Below are positions 1 to 7,179 of a DNA stretch of 64,000 nt, piece after piece (position 1 is the first letter of the stretch; each line of letters starts with the position of its first letter). The stretch comes from Saprospiraceae bacterium (GTDB lineage: Bacteria > Bacteroidota > Bacteroidia > Chitinophagales > Saprospiraceae): NCBI GenBank assembly GCA_016787345.1, contig JAEUUU010000013.1:25357-89356 (forward strand), written 5' to 3'. The notes below the pieces were generated by a model. It was given only the letters and a program-made list of their open reading frames with translations, made no database searches and was not told the DNA's origin. Both the position numbers and the translations under genes were made by a program.

Positions 1-2
1 TC

Positions 3-344
3 ATCGCCATGGGATTTGCCACCCTCGAAAACCTGCTTTATGCCGATCGTTTCGGTATGCCCACGGTTTTGTTGCGCACCTTTACCGCCGTGCCCGCACA
101 CCTGGCTTTTGCCATTGTGCAGGGGTACTATTTCGGACTGGCGAAATTCAGACCCGCCGACAGGGGCCGGTTGCTGGCCCGCGGCTTTGGCATTTCGGTG
201 CTGCTGCATGGTATTTACGATGTGCTGATCCTGCAACATTGGTTCGACTGGCTGTTCGTGCTGGCAACCGTGGCCTTGTACCTCGTCCTGTTTTATGCCA
301 GCCGGCTCGTGAAAGAACATTTATTGAACTCACCTTTCAGATAA
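3..344 (+). CDS. PrsW-family intramembrane protease, C-terminal fragment (5' end lies outside the window)
   Basis: The reading frame is open to the window edge. Motifs 'GFATLENLLYA' and 'HLAFAIVQGYYFG' sit in hydrophobic helices, as in PrsW-type membrane proteases (recalled family signature, no HMM run). Confidence 0.55.
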   Translation: MAMGFATLENLLYADRFGMPTVLLRTFTAVPAHLAFAIVQGYYFGLAKFRPADRGRLLARGFGISVLLHGIYDVLILQHWFDWLFVLATVALYLVLFYASRLVKEHLLNSPFR

Positions 345-374
345 TGCCGGCCTTTTCAGCATCGGCTCCATAAC

Positions 375-2576
375 ATGCACATTCTCGGCATCCGACATCA
401 CGGTCCCGGCTCCACCCGAAGCCTGCTGCGCGCCCTCGAAGCGTTGCAACCCGACGTCGTGCTCATCGAGGCGCCTTCCGATGCGGAAACGCTGATTCCA
501 TGGGTGGCGCACCCCCGGATGACGCCGCCGGTGGCGCTGCTGCTGTACAACCCGAAAGAACTGGCACAGGCGGCGTTTTATCCCTTTGCCGAATTTTCAC
601 CCGAATGGCAGGCGATGCAGTATGCCCTGGAAAAGCAGATTCCAATCCGGTTCATGGACCTTCCCATGACCCATTCCTTTGTGCTGGGCGATGACAAAAC
701 GCTCGAACGTTCAATTGCCGCCAAACGCCACGACCCGTTCACCGAACTGGCGCAACTGGCCGGCTACACCGACCCCGAACGCTGGTGGGAAGCGGCCGTG
801 GAGCGCCAGATCGAACCCGAACACCCGGCCGAGGTTTTTCAGGTCGTACTCGAACTCATGCGCACCCTGCGCACGGCTAAAATAACCCCCGAAAGTGCGG
901 AGACCCTGCTCCGGGAGGCCTGGATGCGTCAAACCTTGCGCGCGGCCTGGAAAGAGGGCTATCAACAGCCGGCCATCGTGTGCGGCGCCTGGCACGGTCC
1001 GGCACTGGCCGATACGCCCAATATCAAAGCCTCGACGGACGCCGCTTTGCTCAAAGGGCTGAAAAAAGTCAAAACCGATGCGACCTGGATACCCTGGTCT
1101 TTCGATCGCCTGGCCCGACAAAGCGGCTATGGCGCTGGTGTGATCGCACCATACTGGTACCGAATTTTATATCAAAACCCGGCGGCGCCCGCGGTCGACT
1201 GGCTCACCCGGGCGGCCCGTTTGTTGCGGGAAAAAGGCCTCGACACTTCCTCTGCGCACGTGATAGAGGCCGCGCGGCTGGCCGAGGGACTGGCCGTTTT
1301 GCGCCGAACCGCCCTGCCCGGTATCGACGAACTGCGCGAAGCGGCCGTCACGGTGCTTTGCGGCGGTGCAGAAAAGCAGGTGGAACTGATTGAAAAAGAA
1401 CTGGTTATCGGCGATGTGCTAGGCGCGGTACCCGATTCGACGCCCGTACCCCCGCTCAAAGCCGATTTTGAAGCCCAGGCCAAAAGCTGCCGGCTGGAGC
1501 GCAGCACACAGGAAAAACCGCTTCAACTCGACTTGCGGGAAACGGCGCATTTGAAAAAAAGTCAGTTGCTGCACCGCTTAGTTTTGTTGAATGTCCCCTG
1601 GGGGCAGACGGGGGAAGTCGGTTCGGGCAAACAGGGAAGTTTCCATGAATACTGGACTTTGAGCTGGCAGCCGGAATTTGAAATCAGACTCATCGAAGCC
1701 GGGGCCTGGGGCAATACCGTGGAAGAGGCCGCCAGCCAGCTGGCCCGCCACAAAGTAGCGGAAACGGCTGTTCTGCCCGTATTGACCGGGCTGTTGAGCC
1801 AATTGCTGAAAGCCGATCTTCGGCCGGTGCTGCCGCTTTTGCTCGACAAACTGACTGAAATAACCGCCCTTTCCCGCGATGCGCTGGTTTTGGCGGAAGC
1901 CGTGCCACCGCTGATCGAAGCCCTGCGCTACGGACACGTCCGGCAACTCGATGTGCAGGCGGTTGAGCTGTTGCTGGGCGGTATGCTTCCCCGGCTTTGT
2001 CTGCAACTTCCCGTTACCTGTCTCGGTATCGACGGCGATGCGGCAGCCGCGGTGTTGTCCAAAATACTGAGCGTCAACCGCGCAATCGATATTCTGCAAC
2101 ACCCTGAGTACCGGCGGCTTTGGCAGGAGGCGCTTGTTCAAATCGCCGGAAACCGCCGGTCGGCGCCTTTACTGGCGGGTTTGAGCCGCCGGTTGTTGTT
2201 CGATCAGGGCCTTTGTTCTCCCTCGCAGGCGGCCGACGACTTGCATTTCCGGCTCTCTCCCGCTCAAACACCCGCGGAAGCCGTCAACTGGCTGGAAGGG
2301 TTTTTACAGGGCAGCGGCCTGTTGCTGATTCACCACGGCGCGTTGCGCGATTTGCTGGATGCCTGGCTGGGCGAACTGCCCGAGGCGCATTTTCAGGAAT
2401 CGTTGCCGCTGTTGCGCCGTACGTTCAGCCGTTTCAGTCCACCAGAACGCGAAAAGTTGCTCGATCTGGCCAAACACCCGGCGGGGAACCCTGTAAATGT
2501 GGAGGAGCAACCCGCCTGGGACGCTGCAAGAGCCGAGGCCGTCATGCCGCTCTTGCGCGAGATTTTTCGTTCCTGA
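375..2576 (+). CDS. DUF5682-family protein (large helical protein normally linked to a MoxR/AAA ATPase and a CoxE-type VWA protein)
   Basis: 733-aa ORF. The N-terminus 'MHILGIRHHGPGSTRSLLRALEALQPDVVLIEAPSD' matches the characteristic start of DUF5682 proteins as I recall them. The remainder is Leu/Ala-rich and helical. The other-frame ORFs overlapping it look like GC artefacts. Confidence 0.7.
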   Translation: MHILGIRHHGPGSTRSLLRALEALQPDVVLIEAPSDAETLIPWVAHPRMTPPVALLLYNPKELAQAAFYPFAEFSPEWQAMQYALEKQIPIRFMDLPMTHSFVLGDDKTLERSIAAKRHDPFTELAQLAGYTDPERWWEAAVERQIEPEHPAEVFQVVLELMRTLRTAKITPESAETLLREAWMRQTLRAAWKEGYQQPAIVCGAWHGPALADTPNIKASTDAALLKGLKKVKTDATWIPWSFDRLARQSGYGAGVIAPYWYRILYQNPAAPAVDWLTRAARLLREKGLDTSSAHVIEAARLAEGLAVLRRTALPGIDELREAAVTVLCGGAEKQVELIEKELVIGDVLGAVPDSTPVPPLKADFEAQAKSCRLERSTQEKPLQLDLRETAHLKKSQLLHRLVLLNVPWGQTGEVGSGKQGSFHEYWTLSWQPEFEIRLIEAGAWGNTVEEAASQLARHKVAETAVLPVLTGLLSQLLKADLRPVLPLLLDKLTEITALSRDALVLAEAVPPLIEALRYGHVRQLDVQAVELLLGGMLPRLCLQLPVTCLGIDGDAAAAVLSKILSVNRAIDILQHPEYRRLWQEALVQIAGNRRSAPLLAGLSRRLLFDQGLCSPSQAADDLHFRLSPAQTPAEAVNWLEGFLQGSGLLLIHHGALRDLLDAWLGELPEAHFQESLPLLRRTFSRFSPPEREKLLDLAKHPAGNPVNVEEQPAWDAARAEAVMPLLREIFRS

Positions 2577-2611
2577 ACCGTTTTGGGAGTGGTACGCGGC
2601 GGGACGTAACC

Positions 2612-2722
2612 CACGCAAAGCCGCGAAGAACGCAAAGAGGGTTTTGCGGTTATATAATTTCGAGCAGAGGCACAGAGTTGATCCGAAGTCCCTTTTTTGC
2701 GCACTTTGCGGCTTAGCGTGAC
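2612..2722. repeat. Intergenic palindromic repeat, family A (copy 1)
   Basis: The arms are 'cacgcaaagccgcgaagaacgcaaagagg' (2612-2640) and 'cttttttgcgcactttgcggcttagcgtgac' (2692-2722). The core 'gcagaggcacagagttgatccga' is the reverse complement of 'tcggatcaactctgtgtctctgc' at ~4887. Confidence 0.8.
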
Positions 2723-2762
2723 ATATAATTTCGCGCCGTAAAGCGGCAACTGAAAGTATTTT

Positions 2763-4301
2763 TTAAAACGGAATATCCTCCTCGTTCATCCGAGAGGGTT
2801 TTGTGATGATGCTCGGCGAGAAGGGGCCGCTGAGCGGGTCCATCAGTCCGGAAAAAGCCGGATCATCAAGGTTGCCGAATTTGGCAAACTGGTCTGTGAA
2901 TTTGAGCCGCACGGTATCGAGCGCGCCGTGGCGGTGTTTGGCGACGATGATTTCGGCAATGCCTTTGAGGCTTTGGCCGTTTTCGTCTTCGAGGATTTGA
3001 TAGTATTCAGGCCTATATATAAATGCAACAATATCAGCATCTTGCTCGATGCTTCCCGATTCACGAAGGTCGCTCAGTTGCGGTCGTTTGCTGCCGCCTC
3101 GCACCTCCACGGCGCGGCTCAGCTGTGAGAGTGCGATCACCGGCACGCTCAGTTCCTTGGCCATCGATTTGAGGGCGCGGCTGATGCCGGCGATTTCCTG
3201 TTCGCGGTTGGCGTTGCGGTTGTTTTCGGAGGTGCCGCTCATGAGTTGCAGGTAGTCGATAATCACGAGTTGGATATCGTGCTGCATTTTGAGGCGGCGG
3301 CATTTGGCGCGCAGTTCGAAGATATTGATACCGGGCGTATCGTCGATAAAAACCGGGATACTGCTGAGGCGTTCGACGGTGGTCTGGAGTTGTTGCCACT
3401 CGTAGTCTTCCAGTTTGCCGTTGCGCATTTTGGAGCCTGATATTTCGGCTTCCATAGAAATCAGGCGCGACACGAGCTGGGTGCTGGCCATCTCGAGCGA
3501 AAACAGCGCCACGCCCTTGTTGAAATCGCGGGCGGCATTGAGCGCCATGGCCAGCACGGCCGAGGTTTTACCCATACCGGGGCGGGCGGCGAGGATAATC
3601 AGGTCGGAGGGTTGCCAGCCGGAAGTGAGGCGGTCGAGGTCGGTGAAGCCGGTGGGTACGCCGGTGAGGCCGTCGGCTTTGCCGGTGAGTTCCTCGATTT
3701 GTTTCAGTACCCGGCTGCTCAGCGAGCCCATGCTTTCGAAGGTACGGCTGAGGTTGTTCTGTGTGATGGCGAAAAGGCCTTTTTCGGCCTCGTCGAGCAG
3801 ATTGAACACGTCGGTCGTGTCTTCGTATGCGTCTTTGATAACCCGGGTGCTGACCCGGATGAGTTCGCGCTGGATGTGTTTTTGGGCGATGATGCGGGCG
3901 TGGTATTCCACGTTGGCCGCCGAGGCGACGCGGCTGCTGAGTTCGACCAGGTAGTAACTGCCGCCAACTTTGTCGAGGTCGCCGGTTTTTTTGAGTTCTT
4001 CGGCTACTGTCAGGATGTCTACCGGATGCGAGCGCTCGAACAGGCGGATGATAGCGCGGTAGACATGCTGGTGCGCTTCGAGGTAAAAACTTTCGGGCCG
4101 CAGTATGTCCATCACCTGCGGCAGGGCGTCGCGTTCGATCATAAGCGCGCCGAGTACGGCTTCTTCGAGTGGCAAAGCCTGGGGCTGTAGTTTGCCGAAC
4201 ACGTAATTCGACAAACCCTCGGCGCCGTTGCCGGCGCGTTGCTGGCGCTTGTTGGGCATACGGCCCTGTTGCTCAGTACTGTAATCGTTGGTTTCGGCCA
4301 T
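2763..4301 (-). CDS. dnaB: Replicative DNA helicase DnaB
   Basis: 512 aa. It has the N-terminal DnaB domain ('LPLEEAVLGALMIERDALPQV...HQHVYRAI'), Walker A 'ARPGMGKTS', and RecA-like C-terminal motifs 'IIDYLQLM' and 'LSQLSRAVE'. Confidence 0.95.
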   Translation of the reverse strand: MAETNDYSTEQQGRMPNKRQQRAGNGAEGLSNYVFGKLQPQALPLEEAVLGALMIERDALPQVMDILRPESFYLEAHQHVYRAIIRLFERSHPVDILTVAEELKKTGDLDKVGGSYYLVELSSRVASAANVEYHARIIAQKHIQRELIRVSTRVIKDAYEDTTDVFNLLDEAEKGLFAITQNNLSRTFESMGSLSSRVLKQIEELTGKADGLTGVPTGFTDLDRLTSGWQPSDLIILAARPGMGKTSAVLAMALNAARDFNKGVALFSLEMASTQLVSRLISMEAEISGSKMRNGKLEDYEWQQLQTTVERLSSIPVFIDDTPGINIFELRAKCRRLKMQHDIQLVIIDYLQLMSGTSENNRNANREQEIAGISRALKSMAKELSVPVIALSQLSRAVEVRGGSKRPQLSDLRESGSIEQDADIVAFIYRPEYYQILEDENGQSLKGIAEIIVAKHRHGALDTVRLKFTDQFAKFGNLDDPAFSGLMDPLSGPFSPSIITKPSRMNEEDIPF

Positions 4302-4394
4302 TGGCGCCTTCTTTTTTCACATAATCAGCTCAGACAAACCTAACGGGTAATCTCCGATTTTCGATTTCAAAACAATCCGTAGGGGGGCAAAATC

Positions 4395-4471
4395 TGTGGA
4401 TAAGCCATTTTTCGATGTGGATAACTTGGAAAACTTGCGCACTTATTCACATTGGTATTCTGTTTTCCACA
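4395..4471. promoter_or_regulatory. Cluster of four DnaA-box 9-mers upstream of dnaB (candidate oriC or DnaA-controlled promoter)
   Basis: TGTGGATAA at 4395-4403 and 4416-4424 (perfect reverse complements of TTATCCACA). TTATTCACA at 4443-4451 and TTTTCCACA at 4463-4471 (one mismatch each, opposite orientation). All lie in a 720-bp non-coding gap with an AT-rich stretch at ~4596-4670. Confidence 0.5.
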
Positions 4472-4848
4472 ATCAAATTGGCAGGTAATCGGTAAAAATC
4501 CGACCAGGTTAATAGCGTGTATTGGAAGCGATTACGTTGGTGAAGCCAAATCCCGCTGGTGTTCTCCGGACAAAAAGGCAGGCTCGCCCTGTGTTAAGAA
4601 AAGGTAAATTTTACCTGTTAAAAAATATTTGGAACACCTTTTTACCCTGCAAAAATAACATTTTTTGTTGGGGCTGTCCGTGCGGTTTTTGTCAAAAGAT
4701 AAAACTTTTTGCGGGCAAAAAAGGGGGCGTCCTTCACTTTTCAAACGCTTCAAACAAATTTGTTTCAGCCTTCATTTTTTACCTGAAAAAACGAGGCTGT
4801 GCGGCTGTCTCACAAGTCGGGCCGGGTCAAAATCGTACAGAAAACTAT

Positions 4849-5006
4849 GTCACGCAAAGCCGCAAAGCGCGCAAAAAAGAAACGTCGGATCAACTCTGTG
4901 TCTCTGCGACTCTGCGTGCAATTACATGTCACGCAAAGCCGCAAAGCGCGCAAAGAAGGAAACATCCCACTTTTGCGCGCTTTGCTCCTTTGCGCCCTTT
5001 GCGTGA
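4849..5006. repeat. Intergenic palindromic repeat, family A (copy 2, internal duplication)
   Basis: 'gtcacgcaaagccgcaaagcgcgcaaa' occurs twice in direct orientation (4849 and 4928). The inverted arm 'ttttgcgcgctttgctcctttgcgccctttgcgtgaaac' ends at ~5006. The first ~59 bp are ~90% identical by eye to the reverse complement of 2664-2722. Confidence 0.8.
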
Positions 5007-5022
5007 AACCTCGTGCAAAAGT

Positions 5023-5712
5023 TTATTGCTCGTTCTCCACATTGTCGAGCCGTTGCTTCGTCTGCTCAATCAGACGGCGCTGGCTTTCGATATCGACGGC
5101 CGTGGCTTCCTGTTCCTTCTGGTTTTTCACGATATCCTCTTCGGCCTTCTTGATCTTGTTTTTGTAGTTTTCGATGTCTTTGTGCAGATTCTCATTGTCG
5201 CGCTGGAGTTTCTTCTGGCGATTTTCCATCTCTTTGGCCTTTTCTTCCTGCATTTTGATCTCTTTCCCGATTACTGCCCGGCGCACGTCGAGGTAAAACT
5301 GACGCATGGCGTTGTTGACTTCCTGTGCGCCCCGGGGATCGTCGCGGCGATTAAGGAAACTGGAGCCCTTGTCGAAATAAGCGACCAGGGTAACATTGGT
5401 TCCGTTTTTGACCACCGTGGTATACAGTGTAAAGGCATCGGCGCCAACCATCGGCGATTTCAGGCCTGTTGCGGAGAGCTCCTTGGTTTTGCGGTCCTTT
5501 TTCAATTTGCCGCCGAAATTCTTCTTGACAAAATCCGTCCACATGTCTTCCACCAAAGCGGCGTCGGCATTGACAAAATCAACCCGGAACCCGGGGCGGC
5601 TACCCAACGACATCATCGCCTCGGTTTCCTGTACCACCCCGAAACGCTGGGCCGCGGCCCAACCCGAAAAACCCAGGAAAAGGATAAGAAGGAGAAAAGA
5701 TTTGTTTTGCAT
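5023..5712 (-). CDS. Secreted hypothetical protein with C-terminal coiled coil
   Basis: Signal peptide 'MQNKSFLLLILFLGFSGWAAAQ'. The C-terminal ~90 aa are K/E/Q-rich with heptad-like spacing. No family recognised. Confidence 0.65.
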   Translation of the reverse strand: MQNKSFLLLILFLGFSGWAAAQRFGVVQETEAMMSLGSRPGFRVDFVNADAALVEDMWTDFVKKNFGGKLKKDRKTKELSATGLKSPMVGADAFTLYTTVVKNGTNVTLVAYFDKGSSFLNRRDDPRGAQEVNNAMRQFYLDVRRAVIGKEIKMQEEKAKEMENRQKKLQRDNENLHKDIENYKNKIKKAEEDIVKNQKEQEATAVDIESQRRLIEQTKQRLDNVENEQ

Positions 5713-5916
5713 AATCTGTGGTTTTTAAATAAAAATGAGCGAGTAAAAATTGAGGATAGAAAAATATGGGTTTTGGGCGACAGCGGTATAACGAAAAGCC
5801 TTTTTCTTTGTCGCCGCCGCGAGACACGCGCGGCGCGTTTTCTTTATGGACGAAAGATTCGCGTTCCGTCACCCCTCTTTCTTTCGCCCCAACCATCCTT
5901 GCACCACATCTGAAAT

Positions 5917-7089
5917 ATGGCAAAAATCCTGATTGTTGACGACGAGATGCCGATCCGGCGCACCCTCCGCGAAATTCTTGAATTTGAACAATACGACGTT
6001 GACGAGGCCAACGACGGGCTCGAATGCCTGGCAAAGGTGCAAAAGGAAAAATACGACGTCGTGATCATGGACATTAAAATGCCCAAACTCGACGGCATCG
6101 AAGCGCTCGAACGCCTCCAGATACTTTCGCCCGAAACACCCGTCATCATGGTCAGCGGCCACGGCAACATCGATACGGCCGTCGAAGCGGTCAAAAAAGG
6201 CGCTTTCGACTACATCTCCAAACCGCCCGACCTCAACCGGATGCTCATTACCATTCGGAACGCCATGGAAAAATCCGAACTGGTGACCACCACCCGAACC
6301 CTGCAAAAACAGGTCAAATCGGGCAGCAAAGGCGTCACCATGATCGGCGAAAGCGCACCCATCCTCGAAATCAAACGGATGCTCGACAAAGTGGCGCCCA
6401 CCGACAGCCGCGTGCTCATCACCGGCCCCAACGGCACCGGCAAAGAACTCGTGGCGCGCTGGATTCACGACAAAAGCAACCGCGCCGACGGCCCCCTCGT
6501 GGAAGTCAACTGCGCCGCCATCCCCTCCGAACTGATCGAAAGCGAATTGTTCGGCCATAAAAAAGGCTCCTTCACCGGCGCCATCGCCGACCGCCCCGGC
6601 AAATTCGAGTCGGCCAACGGCGGTACCCTCTTCCTCGACGAAATAGGCGATATGAGCCTCGATGCCCAGGCAAAAGTGCTGCGCGCCCTGCAGGAAAGCA
6701 AAATCACCCGCGTGGGTGATACCAAGGAAATCCGCGTCGACGTGCGCGTGCTGGCAGCCACCAACAAAGACCTCCGCAACGAAATCGAAGCCGGCCGCTT
6801 CCGCGAAGACCTCTACCACCGCCTCGCCGTCATTGTCGTGCGCGTGCCCTCGCTCAACGAACGCCGCGACGATATCCCGCTCCTGATCGAACACTTCAAC
6901 CGCCGCATCAGCGACGACTACGGCCACCCGCCCAAAATTTTCTCGCCGGAAGCCATCAAAGCCATGCAGGACTACAACTGGAGCGGCAACATCCGCGAAC
7001 TGGCCAACGTCGTCGAACGACTCATCATCCTCTGCGACCAGACCGTGCACGAGGAGGACGTCCAACTTTATGTGTATCCGAAAAAGTAA
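5917..7089 (+). CDS. Sigma-54-dependent response regulator (REC + AAA+ activator) without a C-terminal HTH
   Basis: REC domain 'ILIVDDE...VIMDIKMPKLDG'. Walker A 'GPNGTGKE'. Sigma-54 contact loop 'GSFTGA' (GAFTGA variant). 'GNIRELANVVERL' lies 15 aa before the stop. Confidence 0.9.
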   Translation: MAKILIVDDEMPIRRTLREILEFEQYDVDEANDGLECLAKVQKEKYDVVIMDIKMPKLDGIEALERLQILSPETPVIMVSGHGNIDTAVEAVKKGAFDYISKPPDLNRMLITIRNAMEKSELVTTTRTLQKQVKSGSKGVTMIGESAPILEIKRMLDKVAPTDSRVLITGPNGTGKELVARWIHDKSNRADGPLVEVNCAAIPSELIESELFGHKKGSFTGAIADRPGKFESANGGTLFLDEIGDMSLDAQAKVLRALQESKITRVGDTKEIRVDVRVLAATNKDLRNEIEAGRFREDLYHRLAVIVVRVPSLNERRDDIPLLIEHFNRRISDDYGHPPKIFSPEAIKAMQDYNWSGNIRELANVVERLIILCDQTVHEEDVQLYVYPKK

Positions 7090-7120
7090 AGGCGCTCTGC
7101 GCTCCTGTAAATAAGAAGAA

Positions 7121-7152
7121 GCCGCCCGGGACATTTCCCGGACGGCTTTTGT
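7121..7152. terminator. Bidirectional rho-independent terminator candidate
   Basis: Stem 'gccgcccggga' / 'tcccggacggc' (one mismatch), loop 'catt', followed by 'ttttgtt'. An A-rich run lies on the other side. It sits between convergent genes. Confidence 0.6.
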
Positions 7153-7179
7153 TCTACATGAATAGAGGAAAGAAACTCT

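Noticed and set aside
4522-5913. 463-aa plus-strand ORF spanning the dnaB upstream gap
   Set aside because: It reads through the AT-rich non-coding region and the family A repeat ('HAKPQSAQRR'-type translation). It then runs antisense to the signal-peptide-bearing gene 5023..5712.
5869-7134. 421-aa ORF on the minus strand
   Set aside because: It is antisense to the sigma-54 response regulator, which has clear REC/AAA+ motifs.
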